Virus record (IMG/VR): IMGVR_UViG_3300032271_000676
Location: 1 to 55,469 of that record
DNA length: 55,469 nucleotides
From: a virus
Lineage: Duplodnaviria > Caudoviricetes
Reading direction: 5' to 3' (one strand)
Position numbers and translations under genes: made by a program. Under the pieces are notes generated by a model. It was not told the DNA's origin. It saw only the letters and a list, made by a program, of their open reading frames with translations, and ran no database searches. Positions 20,421-30,329 of this stretch are shown here, one piece after another; position 1 is the stretch's first letter; each line of letters begins with the position of its first letter.

Positions 20421-23400
20421 TTAAGCCTGTGATTCTTGCCAGCTAATACGACCCGAAATACTTGCTTGACCCGTACCGGACAAATTGGTTACTACAACAT
20501 AGAGGATATCTGGTCCATCCGGGAATGTACCCTGAGTCCCACCACCCACCGTTTGTGAAATACCGCCACCCATACCTGCATTCCCGATAGCTGCGACCGC
20601 TGTCAAATCTAGTGTCGTTTGACCGCCAGCATTACTATATGACGCCGCAATTGATTCACCACCTGTAATGGTAGCTGCGCCAGCATATGATGCCGCTGGG
20701 TTTCCGCCATTACCATTTACAGCCACTTGTGAAATAGATGAGGTAAATGTGTTGTTCTGTGTTGGCGATTGAAATACTGATGCGGTTCCGCCATAACCAG
20801 TTTTAAATTCACTAACAATACCATTCAAGATCAACTGAATTAGGAATGTACCCGTGGTTTGTACCCCCAGCTCTCGCAATTGCAACTGCAGTCTATTGAT
20901 AACTTCTTTATTTCCCAATACACCAACCGTACCATTATCAACCGACGGGGCTACACGAATTGCTAAAATTGGTACTGTTGCACCATTATTTACGGTGATT
21001 CCAGATGTTCCATAATTAAAGATCAATGAAACGTCGTTTGTAAATCCACCATCCATCACAACTGACGAACCCCAGTGCGACAACACCGCTGCTGTGTCAG
21101 GAGCTGAATACTCAACTGCCGTTTGTGAAATTAATGTGTATGGAAAAGCAGTTGCAGCCGCACCACCCGTTGTTCCTCGCGTACAGCCTAGCAATGATGT
21201 TGGCGTTAAGGTTAAGTATGAAAAGTATTCAATTGTACCTAGAGCAGGAATTTGAAAGGTTAACCCGGTTGTAGTACCTGCAGTAGTTGTAATTGCTGCC
21301 CCACCAAATGTCGCAGACAAAGTCATCTGAGATGTAGTGGTTGTTGCAATTGTGTAGTAAATACCTGCAGTTATACCTGTTGCAGTACCCGTATTAGTTC
21401 CTGATACCACCACTGCTAAACCAGTCACCATTCCGGTTTGAGTTGTAAAGGTAAAATTACCTGTGGTTGATGAAGCGGTTACGGCCAACAATGTTGCCGA
21501 ATTACCAATAATCCGCCCGTTACCACCAGCTGGGTTAAATCCTGTCGTGCTTACAACAGGAATTGTAGAATCCCCCGCGCCAATTGATGCTGTTAATAAC
21601 GTTTGTGCTAACTGACCATTTTGTTCATAGTGCGACGGCAAATTACCCGAACGCATATATGCTGTGTATTGAATGTTGTTGTTTTGAAATCCATAAACAT
21701 AAAGGATTGCACCGCCTTGCATACGGAAGCCAAAACGTATTACACCTGCGCCATACCATGAATAGTCCATGTACCACATCTGAATTTTGGTTAAATCTAA
21801 GTTATAACCAGAAGGATTTGATGCAGAGAATGAGCCATCACAAACATCCCACCATTGCGACTGGGGAACTTTAGTATCAATTGTGCGCGATATAAATACT
21901 GTCGGGTTCGAAGTCCCACGGTATTCAGGACTGATGTACATTGTTGAATTATTAACAATGTTCAATACACGGTATGTTTGTCCGCGAATAACGATGTTAT
22001 CGCCAACAAAAAGCTGTGTTGACCAAATACAAGTATTACTTCCAACTACCAAACTGCTTCCCTGCGTTACTGATGCCTGTCCATCTACTTGGTTTACGCT
22101 ATTACGCCATACACAAGACAAAACCGATCCGCTATATTCAAAGAACATGCCGTTTTGCAAATCAAAGAAACCTAACCTGTTAACCGATCCATACCAAATT
22201 GTCGGGCTAACGATGATAAATGCGCCTGTTGATGTTGCTGGTGAAACAACAGGATTGCCATTATTTAAAGTTACATATGTAAATGTCGTTGGCGTAGGAA
22301 CAGTAAGAATTCTGAAATTGCCATTGTATGCGGCCTGATCACAACCACTCACCGCAATATAACTGTTTATTTGCAAATTATGCGGAACTGGCGATGTAAC
22401 AGTTACTGTATAAATATTGTTGCTAACCGTAAAGGTTAAGAATGGCTGTTGAATTCTAGGCTTTAAAATTGAACCCGTTGAAAATTGGATTCCTTTACCT
22501 GATTGATAACGGAAATAACGGCGCGTTTGACGAATTAAATCTTGATTTGGAATTGACGATCCAACGGTAAAGTTTACCGATCCATCATATGCGTGAGTTG
22601 CCACCCAGCCAGCAGGACGCATGTACAGCGAATTTGCAGTGGTAAATGTCAATCCTAACAGCGTACCCGATGTTGTGGTTATCGCAACGCCAGCAGTTGT
22701 TTGCAACGTAAATGTTGTTGCTGATGCTGCTGTTATTAGATAAGTTGTAGGATTCGAGTAGCCACTAATTGCACCGGTTGCCTGTGAATTTAACGTACCA
22801 GAAATAGTAAGAAAATTACCAACTTGTAATGCATTACCATTTGATGATGCTGTATAGCTAAACGTGCCACCGCCACTAGTAACCTGTACACCTACGGGAT
22901 TAGGCGTAATTGTGTTAGTTACTGCATTAGTCAACGTTCCTGTTGGTGCTGTTGCAACAACATACGTGAACGTATTCAGTGTTGGGACTGTAGCTACAAC
23001 GTATGCACCAGTCACACCACCACCAGATGACGAAACCACGTTTGCTACGTAAATCAAACTTCCTGCTGATAATCCATGCGGGAAATTCGTCGTGACCGTA
23101 ATAGTTGTACCGCTATACGTAAATGCAGATGCCGTATTTAAATTGTATGCGCTTTGCGAGTAAAAATAACCTTGATATACATATGTAGCACTTGGGTTAT
23201 ATATATTTGTAGTTGTTGGAGTATTAATAACAACAAATGTAAATTGCGTTGAGCTTGCTGATGCAACTAACCACCAACCATTAACGTTTGAATCAAGCGT
23301 ATCTTGAATAAAAATCGGCGTTCCAACAACGGGATTTAATGATGAGTTAACAGTAACTGTTTTACCTGAAGTTGTAATTGTTGCCGCAATCGGATTTTGT

Positions 23401-23642
23401 AAAAGTAATGGTGCTGTTTGATTTGTGTAGTAATAAGCGCCTGCGCGATTTTGCTGCAAGGCAATTTGTTCCCACTTAGTAGATTGCTGACCATATTCAA
23501 AGTCAGTATCAATCAATGATTGCGGTTGTGAAACACGCAGCTTATCAACGGCATCATATGCCCCAGAGCGCTGCGCTTGTTGAATTCTTAAATTGTTTTC
23601 GTTATTGGGTGACGAGTTTGTGTAGACGACTAGTTGTGCCAT
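20421..23642 (-). CDS. Large virion surface protein with E1-FCCH-like domains
   Basis: 1073 aa; KLRVSQPQSLIDTDFEYG, RQTRRYFRYQSGKG and WYGAG motifs; TVTTNFPHGL and TSPVPHNL...YNG FCCH-like units. Confidence 0.65.
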   Translation of the reverse strand: MAQLVVYTNSSPNNENNLRIQQAQRSGAYDAVDKLRVSQPQSLIDTDFEYGQQSTKWEQIALQQNRAGAYYYTNQTAPLLLQNPIAATITTSGKTVTVNSSLNPVVGTPIFIQDTLDSNVNGWWLVASASSTQFTFVVINTPTTTNIYNPSATYVYQGYFYSQSAYNLNTASAFTYSGTTITVTTNFPHGLSAGSLIYVANVVSSSGGGVTGAYVVATVPTLNTFTYVVATAPTGTLTNAVTNTITPNPVGVQVTSGGGTFSYTASSNGNALQVGNFLTISGTLNSQATGAISGYSNPTTYLITAASATTFTLQTTAGVAITTTSGTLLGLTFTTANSLYMRPAGWVATHAYDGSVNFTVGSSIPNQDLIRQTRRYFRYQSGKGIQFSTGSILKPRIQQPFLTFTVSNNIYTVTVTSPVPHNLQINSYIAVSGCDQAAYNGNFRILTVPTPTTFTYVTLNNGNPVVSPATSTGAFIIVSPTIWYGSVNRLGFFDLQNGMFFEYSGSVLSCVWRNSVNQVDGQASVTQGSSLVVGSNTCIWSTQLFVGDNIVIRGQTYRVLNIVNNSTMYISPEYRGTSNPTVFISRTIDTKVPQSQWWDVCDGSFSASNPSGYNLDLTKIQMWYMDYSWYGAGVIRFGFRMQGGAILYVYGFQNNNIQYTAYMRSGNLPSHYEQNGQLAQTLLTASIGAGDSTIPVVSTTGFNPAGGNGRIIGNSATLLAVTASSTTGNFTFTTQTGMVTGLAVVVSGTNTGTATGITAGIYYTIATTTTSQMTLSATFGGAAITTTAGTTTGLTFQIPALGTIEYFSYLTLTPTSLLGCTRGTTGGAAATAFPYTLISQTAVEYSAPDTAAVLSHWGSSVVMDGGFTNDVSLIFNYGTSGITVNNGATVPILAIRVAPSVDNGTVGVLGNKEVINRLQLQLRELGVQTTGTFLIQLILNGIVSEFKTGYGGTASVFQSPTQNNTFTSSISQVAVNGNGGNPAASYAGAATITGGESIAASYSNAGGQTTLDLTAVAAIGNAGMGGGISQTVGGGTQGTFPDGPDILYVVVTNLSGTGQASISGRISWQESQA

Positions 23643-23663
23643 ATTTCCACCTGTTTAATGGTA

Positions 23664-23687
23664 AAGCAGGGGTTTTACCCCCTGCTT
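23664..23687 (-). terminator. Intergenic hairpin after the 475-aa gene
   Basis: AAGCAGGGG-N6-CCCCTGCTT inverted repeat with a short U tract on the minus strand. Confidence 0.6.
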
Positions 23688-23690
23688 ATT

Positions 23691-25118
23691 TTACTTCGCT
23701 TTTCCGCCAACTACGCGGTGGTGAACTTTGCCACCCTTTTTAAACGTTCCTGACAATTCATTTATTGACACAAAAGGGCTTGGCGGCTTTTTACCTTGCA
23801 ACATTTCTTCGGGGGCGCCGCTGTCGTTAACACTTCCCCCCGAAGCGTAATGCTTTTTTACAGTACGGCCTCCATGCTTAAACCCGCCTTGGCCATTCTT
23901 TACTTCTCCAGTAGTAGTCCCGGACGCACCGGGGCGCGTACCTACAACATTACCAAACTCCCATTGATGGGGTTGCGCTACGGTTTCTGACGACGTACCG
24001 GAGCGCTTACCTGCCAAAGGGTGGTCACCCATAATCGCACCGGACTCAAACTTGCGTCCGTGCGCCTCTTTGTGAACCTTTTTTCCTACACCGCGTGTTG
24101 CTACTTCGTGATGCGTAACCTCACCACCTTTTTTGTAACCAGACTGACCCATCTTTACAATCCCAGTTGGGCCTTTTGTGTGGTCAGGATGTGCAGTATT
24201 GTGTTTAGTATTTAAATACTCACCTGCATTACCTGTAATGGTGCCGACTTCGGAGCCATGCTTTTCTTTCACAGCGCCACCGTCTTTGTATCCACCCATG
24301 CACATTTGAGCTTTTTTCATATGATGTTTCATCATACGCTCGTGATGCGAGGATCCGCCTTCCGCACATTTCATCGCATGATGATGTGCTTTAGCCAAAT
24401 GCTCATGCATCTCATGCATGCCACCTTCTTTGTGATGCTCTTTGTGCTCGTGGTGTTTTTCGTGAACTTTGCCGCCTTTTTTATACCCGGCTGCATTGCC
24501 CTTATGAATTTCACCAGTACCACCCTTGGTACGGTCTGCAACTGCTGTATGCATTAAAGTATTTAAATACTGTTTTGCATCGTTTTCAATTGCGCTACGC
24601 GAACCAAAATCATCAATCATACGCGCATCATGTGCAAAGCTTGCCTCAATACCGCCCTCTTTTACAGGACCGCCTTTTGCAAACTTATGCATTCTGCCAC
24701 CATGTTTTTTGTTGGTATCAGCTGGGATTGCTTGTCCAGTTGTACCGCCTTCTTTCAAACCATGATGAGCCTTACGCGCTTTCATATGCTCATGTTTCTT
24801 GAGCTCTGCACGCAATTTTTTCATCTCGGCTTCAGATGCTGCACCACCTTTTTTCATCATGGGGGCAGCCATTTTGCCGTGGCCCATCATTGCTGCCATA
24901 CGTGGACTCATACGGCGACCGGTAACATTGGGAGCTTCTACAGGCAACCCACCGCCCATAGCTTTCTTGACCGCTTTTTTGCCGTGATGCTCATGGTGCT
25001 CATGGTGCTCATGGTGAGCATGATGCTTTTTGTGATGAGCGGAACCACCTTTTTTGAGCTTCAGCTCTACGCCGGGCTCGGTGGTTTCCATCTTAATCAT
25101 CGGTTTAAAATCACTCAT
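23691..25118 (-). CDS. His/Lys-rich protein with about 15 x[AK]xGG repeats (putative internal core protein)
   Basis: 475 aa; HHKKHHAHHEHHEHHEHH tract; LKKGG, MKKGG, FAKGG, YKKGG, YKDGG, FKHGG, YASGG and FKKGG motifs. Confidence 0.75.
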   Translation of the reverse strand: MSDFKPMIKMETTEPGVELKLKKGGSAHHKKHHAHHEHHEHHEHHGKKAVKKAMGGGLPVEAPNVTGRRMSPRMAAMMGHGKMAAPMMKKGGAASEAEMKKLRAELKKHEHMKARKAHHGLKEGGTTGQAIPADTNKKHGGRMHKFAKGGPVKEGGIEASFAHDARMIDDFGSRSAIENDAKQYLNTLMHTAVADRTKGGTGEIHKGNAAGYKKGGKVHEKHHEHKEHHKEGGMHEMHEHLAKAHHHAMKCAEGGSSHHERMMKHHMKKAQMCMGGYKDGGAVKEKHGSEVGTITGNAGEYLNTKHNTAHPDHTKGPTGIVKMGQSGYKKGGEVTHHEVATRGVGKKVHKEAHGRKFESGAIMGDHPLAGKRSGTSSETVAQPHQWEFGNVVGTRPGASGTTTGEVKNGQGGFKHGGRTVKKHYASGGSVNDSGAPEEMLQGKKPPSPFVSINELSGTFKKGGKVHHRVVGGKAK

Positions 25119-25130
25119 TATGGCCTCCTA

Positions 25131-26411
25131 TTAGGCTTGAGTATTACCAAGCAAACCGGCTACGGTTGCATTGGGACCTGCACCAAGGGCAGGAAGAGAA
25201 ATAGTCATTACCAAACGAGCAGAGCCGTTAGGCGAAGACGAAGGAGAGTATGTACCACGCACATCACCAGTAGTTGTCGATGCGGTGGCCAATACAGCAG
25301 CTACAAACGTTCCAGCATCACGGGCTAGAGTATTATTCCAACCAACTGAGGTAACGTATCCAGCATCGGTAATACGAATAGGTGAACCTAAAACGTTACC
25401 CGTTCCTACTGTAATTGACACTCCAGAAGCTTTTGAAATTGTGATACCAGAAATCTGATAAAACGCCTTCGTGCTTGCTGCAGTACCAGCTGATGAAGTA
25501 CTGGTTGTAATTGCTTGGGACATTGCCTGTCCGTAGTAATCGTAACCAGATACAGTCACAGTTACTGCTGTAATTGAATTTACAAACGTTAAACCTGTGT
25601 TGGTCCCTGAAGCGGTAGTAGTAATTGCCGCACCGGCCGTAGTAACCAAAGTAAATGTGGTTGTACCGTTAGTTGCAGAAATAATGTATGTACCAGCTGC
25701 CAAACCAGAAGTACCAGTGTTGGTACCCGTTACAGTAACGGTTTGACCAACAGCAAGACCTACTAGCGCTGTGGTAGAAACAGTAAACGCACCAGCACTT
25801 CCACCTGCGCCTGAAGCTGCAGTTGCAATGTTTGCAGTCACAAATGAAGCAGCAGTGAACGAACCATTGGTAACTACAACGTTGCGAGGTACGTCCAAGA
25901 AATACGTCGTTGTACCATCAGCGCGGGGCGTGTTGGGAGGTGATGTATTGCTTGATGTGACTGCGGTACCTGCAGCCAAGGTCAAAGAAGATGACGTTAA
26001 CGATGCAGGGGTTGTTGAGGTTACAAGGTTATTAGCAACAGAAGCTTGAGGAATAATATCCCAAACATACTGACGACCCAAAGGTCCTGCGCCAGTTGCC
26101 ATCGGTGCTGGATCTGCTAACAGCGCATTTCCACCTTGATACATAGTGGTGGCAGATGCAACCGTTTGTGATGTGCTAACCGTTGCGCTTGTTGCGCTGT
26201 TAACTGCAGTAATATAAGTACCTGCAGTAACTGCTGATGATGCGTCCTTGATGAACGCACCAACAACTAGGGGATCACCAGACAAGTTGCTGACAACCGT
26301 TAGGGTAGTACCCGAAATTGTTGCAGAAAATATACCCGTTACTGGGTAGTTACCCGTTCCTTGGTAAGCGTTAGCGGCACCTAGAAACAGGTCATCAGAA
26401 AACTGAGGCAT
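25131..26411 (-). CDS. Capsid decoration/minor structural protein with inserted modules
   Basis: 426 aa directly after the capsid gene; MPQFSDDLFLG, LDVPRNV, TVSGYDYYGQAMS and TTGDVRGTY motifs. Confidence 0.6.
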   Translation of the reverse strand: MPQFSDDLFLGAANAYQGTGNYPVTGIFSATISGTTLTVVSNLSGDPLVVGAFIKDASSAVTAGTYITAVNSATSATVSTSQTVASATTMYQGGNALLADPAPMATGAGPLGRQYVWDIIPQASVANNLVTSTTPASLTSSSLTLAAGTAVTSSNTSPPNTPRADGTTTYFLDVPRNVVVTNGSFTAASFVTANIATAASGAGGSAGAFTVSTTALVGLAVGQTVTVTGTNTGTSGLAAGTYIISATNGTTTFTLVTTAGAAITTTASGTNTGLTFVNSITAVTVTVSGYDYYGQAMSQAITTSTSSAGTAASTKAFYQISGITISKASGVSITVGTGNVLGSPIRITDAGYVTSVGWNNTLARDAGTFVAAVLATASTTTGDVRGTYSPSSSPNGSARLVMTISLPALGAGPNATVAGLLGNTQA

Positions 26412-26440
26412 GATGCTCTCCTTTATTGACCAGTTTAAAC

Positions 26441-26461
26441 GGGGATCGGCGAACCGACCCC
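26441..26461 (-). terminator. Hairpin downstream of the major capsid gene
   Basis: Minus strand GGGGTCGG-TTCG-CCGATCCCC followed by GTTT. Confidence 0.55.
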
Positions 26462-26468
26462 CAATTTA

Positions 26469-27383
26469 TTAGACGCCGGGCGTACCGTACAAGGCACGAG
26501 GATCAGTGAAGCCGGGAATGTAACGCTCAGTAGCCTTATAGCGCATGCTATCAGTCTCAAAGTCACCTTCCATAGTCTTCTCTAAACGACGACGCATCAT
26601 CAGCTTCATGCCTTCTGGTGCGTCAGTCTGAACCCACCATGCAGTCGCAGAAGTCAAACGGGACAGAACTGCTGCGCCCTCGTCTAACAAGCCAATTGAC
26701 TTGATTGGGTTAACGTCGTTGTTTCCAGTACCAGCGCGGAGCACAGACTTTAGCAAGACTTCAGCAGTAAAAATATTACCGGGAGCAACCACCAGTTGGC
26801 GGGGAACCAAACGAATTTTTTTACCGTTGTTATCAACAGCGTTACGAATCTGAATCAGCATCTGTTCCAAAGAAGTTTGGGACAATACTGCAGCAGTTGA
26901 AAGCTGATTGCTAAAAGTACCTGCAGCGATTGGGTGTGCAGTATTAATTAAAGATACGCCATCACCACCAACATAAGCGCTGTTAAACGCAGTGTTCAAA
27001 ATGTTTGCGCATAACAATTCTTTGGTTTCGATCAGAGACTGCGCCAAGTGACGGGCATAGGTCTGGCCGATACGGATGTGATCACCATCTTCAACGAGCA
27101 CTTTGGTCAATGCGAATGCAAGACCGTACACGTTGTAGACATAGCGCTGCAGAAACAGCACGCCACCTTGCTGGTAGCTAACGGGCGTACCGTCAGGCAG
27201 CTGAGGTGCAGCGCCGAAGCCATACAGAACTGGCTCTTCGTGATAGTTTCGAGGAATACCATCTTCTTCGCGGAATACACGCGACCACTCGTCTACGCGC
27301 TGGTCGTATACGCCGTCGAAGCATTCGTTCAGGATGGGTTCTACAATGGACCGGAAGTCCGTACTTCTCATTGGAGCTGCCAT
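26469..27383 (-). CDS. Major capsid protein (HK97 fold, Mu gpT-like family)
   Basis: 304 aa; GFGAAPQLPDG, GGDGVSLINTAHP and GDFETDSMRYKATERY motifs; downstream of portal and scaffold; strong GGAGG RBS. Confidence 0.88.
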   Translation of the reverse strand: MAAPMRSTDFRSIVEPILNECFDGVYDQRVDEWSRVFREEDGIPRNYHEEPVLYGFGAAPQLPDGTPVSYQQGGVLFLQRYVYNVYGLAFALTKVLVEDGDHIRIGQTYARHLAQSLIETKELLCANILNTAFNSAYVGGDGVSLINTAHPIAAGTFSNQLSTAAVLSQTSLEQMLIQIRNAVDNNGKKIRLVPRQLVVAPGNIFTAEVLLKSVLRAGTGNNDVNPIKSIGLLDEGAAVLSRLTSATAWWVQTDAPEGMKLMMRRRLEKTMEGDFETDSMRYKATERYIPGFTDPRALYGTPGV

Positions 27384-27397
27384 TTTTCAACCCCTCC

Positions 27398-27979
27398 TTA
27401 AATAGCGTTAGTAGACGCTGTAAACTGCGCCTTACTTTGAGCAACACGGACGATGGTATAAGCATCACCCCATGCATTACCGGGAACTGGAGACAGATCA
27501 ACAATACGGTATTGACCGTTGCTACCTGAACCCACCAAAGTGGAAGACAAAGTACACTGCGACAAACCGGTGGTGGTTGAACCAGCAGCCAAGTTTGCAG
27601 TAGTAAGGTTTGCTTCGTTTCCTAGCGCAGTCTGCGCAACTGAACCGTCAGCTTGAATTTCATACACGATCAAAGGATCGTTGTAGAAATAAGCAATGCA
27701 AGAACCAGTAATGTACGTGGTGTTTGCGGGCCAGTAATTAGATACACGACGACGACCAGTAGTATCAGTCCACTCACATCCTGCAAATGCTCCTGAAGTT
27801 GCTTCAGTACCAGTTGTAGGAATAATCACGCCTGCGTTTGCAGAGTAATTGACAGACTGACCTTTAAGAATATTGCTTGTATAACCAGAAGTAATGCCGC
27901 CAGCCAACGCCTGTGCGCGATCCAAACCAGAAGGGTGGAACGCAGGGCGCAGACCAAACGGAGCTGAAGTTGCAGACAT
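27398..27979 (-). CDS. Capsid-associated (cement/decoration) protein
   Basis: 193 aa; APFGLRP start, YEIQADG; immediately upstream of the capsid gene. Confidence 0.6.
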   Translation of the reverse strand: MSATSAPFGLRPAFHPSGLDRAQALAGGITSGYTSNILKGQSVNYSANAGVIIPTTGTEATSGAFAGCEWTDTTGRRRVSNYWPANTTYITGSCIAYFYNDPLIVYEIQADGSVAQTALGNEANLTTANLAAGSTTTGLSQCTLSSTLVGSGSNGQYRIVDLSPVPGNAWGDAYTIVRVAQSKAQFTASTNAI

Positions 27980-28000
27980 AACAGTCTCCTAAAATTTGCC

Positions 28001-28540
28001 TTACCCGTGGAATATAGGTGCGGGTTTCGGCGAGTCAATATTACCGGCGTCACCTTCTACCGACACAATGTTACGTCCTGAACGATCTCGGTAACTTAGT
28101 TGTTCCATATCTACCTTGATTTTGTTTGCCTGATCTTGCGGCTCATCATGGTGGAAATGTGTCATTACATCTTGATACACATCCATCGGTAGTTTGTACA
28201 AAACTAATTCATTACACGTTACATGCCCAGAATGCTCTTGAGATTCAGCTTTGACTCGGTTATTTTGATATCCCGGTATTTCATCTTGCATGACCGGAAC
28301 GTAACCCAGACGCATCCGCTTCTCAATCGTATCGTAACTGTTAGTTGTCGATAACCAGCAACAATGCCAACCCTTTAAAGTAGGCACATCCGGAAGCGCA
28401 CTTTGTGACCACTCATCAGTCCACATCTTGCGACGTTCGTTTGATAGGGCCGACTGATTTTCTGGAGCATCTCGAACTTGGTCAAGACTAGCGCGGGACT
28501 CGCGCCCAGTGTTCAGTGATTTTTTTAAACGATCTTCCAT
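28001..28540 (-). CDS. Conserved-looking head-module hypothetical protein
   Basis: 179 aa; GWHCCWLS...RMRLGYVPV; between scaffold and capsid genes. Confidence 0.65.
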   Translation of the reverse strand: MEDRLKKSLNTGRESRASLDQVRDAPENQSALSNERRKMWTDEWSQSALPDVPTLKGWHCCWLSTTNSYDTIEKRMRLGYVPVMQDEIPGYQNNRVKAESQEHSGHVTCNELVLYKLPMDVYQDVMTHFHHDEPQDQANKIKVDMEQLSYRDRSGRNIVSVEGDAGNIDSPKPAPIFHG

Positions 28541-29502
28541 TATTGACTCCTTAGTCTATTACGGGCTTCTTCGGCGTAACGCTTAATCATACGCGCCCTC
28601 ATTTCGGGATTATCCCAGTAACCAGCTTGCTTCATCGCACTGACCTGATCGGCAGTCAACGTAAACGTATTTGCCTTTCCACCAGAGCTTGCTGCTGCTT
28701 CCCGGCCCGAACTTGTAACAGGACTACGGCGCCTTCTTGGCTCGTCGTCTATGTTGTCAGTATAACGGTGTGGCAATCGTTTTTGCAACCGATTAGTTAA
28801 TTCATCCCAGTATTCTAAAGAAGACGGGTCATAGCCTTCTTTTACTAGACGTTTATCTACAGTTTGCGCTATTTCCGAGTCTTCATCGCGACCAGATGGG
28901 TCATACCAAGAATTTTGGTCTAACCATTCTTTGGCCATGCGCTCTACTCTCGGATCTGGTTCCTGTATTGGAGTTGTCCGTATAGGTGCAGTCATCTGCC
29001 TTTTTTGCTCTTCTAACATCTCTGCTGCTCTACGCGCCTCATAATAAAGGTCTGTAGCCGATGCATGTAGGGCGCCATCACCAGAAGATATTGCTTCGGC
29101 CATTTTTGCTTGGGCAAATTTAGCTCTTTGCACCTGATCATCTAATTCCGCATTCACACGCGCAATGTCGTGACTTTGCGTTTTTCGCTCAACTGCAGTT
29201 ACACGTTCTAAAAGTTTTTGATTTTCAGCACGTAAACGATCTAACTCTACGCTGCGCTCTTCGTTTACACGTTTGTGATATGCCTTACGCGCTTTACGAC
29301 GCTCACGCCGCGCTGCTCGTACAGCCTCTGAATCATCAGGATGGTCTTGATCTTCTGGGTCTTCAGAAGCCTCGCCCTCAGGGCGAGGGTCTGCAATTTC
29401 ACCAACCGGATCAATGCTGTCCGGCAATTCAACCATTGCCGAACCATCTGCTTGTTCCGTGATTGCCATTACCTCTGTGTCATCTCTTGGTGCTGTAGCC
29501 AT
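28540..29502 (-). CDS. Capsid scaffolding protein
   Basis: 320 aa; acidic N-terminus, long coiled coil, C-terminal LTADQVSAMK...YA; positional evidence. Confidence 0.7.
   Translation of the reverse strand: MATAPRDDTEVMAITEQADGSAMVELPDSIDPVGEIADPRPEGEASEDPEDQDHPDDSEAVRAARRERRKARKAYHKRVNEERSVELDRLRAENQKLLERVTAVERKTQSHDIARVNAELDDQVQRAKFAQAKMAEAISSGDGALHASATDLYYEARRAAEMLEEQKRQMTAPIRTTPIQEPDPRVERMAKEWLDQNSWYDPSGRDEDSEIAQTVDKRLVKEGYDPSSLEYWDELTNRLQKRLPHRYTDNIDDEPRRRRSPVTSSGREAAASSGGKANTFTLTADQVSAMKQAGYWDNPEMRARMIKRYAEEARNRLRSQ
29368..29389. repeat. Dispersed hairpin palindrome, copy 2
   Basis: AGCCTCGCCC-TCA-GGGCGAGGG. Confidence 0.85.
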
Positions 29503-29513
29503 GTCAGCCCCCC

Positions 29514-29942
29514 TTAAACAAAAGCTTTCATAAGCAACGGATTACAAGTGATCTTTGCAAAGATCTCGTGATCGTTGATTAGGCAAAAGCTTATTACTTC
29601 TTTTTCTGTATCAGGGTCAGGCATGTCCCATCTGTCCCCACCCCACTTAGGCACGCGAACAAAATCGCCTACCTCACACCATGAACCTTCTGGCCAAGGC
29701 TCCATCGTGTCACGTTTTTTAAACGCCAATGGGCCAATTGATATTACTTTGCCCACCATGTTGTTGTATTTTTCTGTTTCTTTTGTTTCTTCAACTAAAA
29801 TAATTCCCGATTCCGTTGTTTTGGTCTTAGCTTTACGCAACTGTACTAAAATGCGTGCGCCAAGAGGTGCTGCACCGGGATCCAACTGCGGAAAGGCCGC
29901 AGCTATTTCGGCTGCGTCAGCAGCCACCAGTGATTCAGTCAT
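29514..29942 (-). CDS. groES: Co-chaperonin GroES (Cpn10) homologue
   Basis: PLGARILVQ...KTTESGIIL...GKVISIGP...CEVGDFV...LINDHEIFA; probable start ATG 29942. Confidence 0.85.
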   Translation of the reverse strand: MTESLVAADAAEIAAAFPQLDPGAAPLGARILVQLRKAKTKTTESGIILVEETKETEKYNNMVGKVISIGPLAFKKRDTMEPWPEGSWCEVGDFVRVPKWGGDRWDMPDPDTEKEVISFCLINDHEIFAKITCNPLLMKAFV

Positions 29943-30117
29943 CTTGATCTTCCTGTAGTAAATTGTTAAGTATGTCTTTGGCAGCTTGTAAGCCCGCCAC
30001 TTCTCCCACCAAACGCTGATACTTCGCATAATCTGGTGCATTACCTTGCGCCATACTGTACGAAATCTCCGCTTGTCGCGCTTCTACAGCGCTTAGGAAG
30101 TCATTCCAATACCTCAT
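29935..30117 (-). CDS. Small hypothetical protein
   Basis: 60 aa, DYAKYQRLVGEVAGL; coupled to groES. Confidence 0.7.
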   Translation of the reverse strand: MRYWNDFLSAVEARQAEISYSMAQGNAPDYAKYQRLVGEVAGLQAAKDILNNLLQEDQDD

Positions 30118-30329
30118 GCATCGCCTTTACGGACACCGCCATCAAACTTGCCGTGTTCACGATTTGCTTGGCCTAAAGTTGCTTTGTTAAGCTCGCCATA
30201 CTTTTCACCATCAATCCATGCGCCTGCTGCCATTCGATGGTGTTGCTTGCAATGTTCGTGACAACTATCCGGCTCTTGCGACGATGCTCGACTGCTTAAT
30301 TGCGAATCATTTGGTCTGTTCTTTGCCAT
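30114..30329 (-). CDS. Small hypothetical protein
   Basis: 71 aa, GGAG RBS, overlaps the portal stop. Confidence 0.6.
   Translation of the reverse strand: MAKNRPNDSQLSSRASSQEPDSCHEHCKQHHRMAAGAWIDGEKYGELNKATLGQANREHGKFDGGVRKGDA

Noticed and set aside
20421-23642. E1-FCCH-like domains plus GG motifs as a ubiquitin-like conjugation system
   Set aside because: FCCH-like beta domains are common in phage structural proteins; no E1 adenylation, E2, JAB or beta-grasp protein recognised
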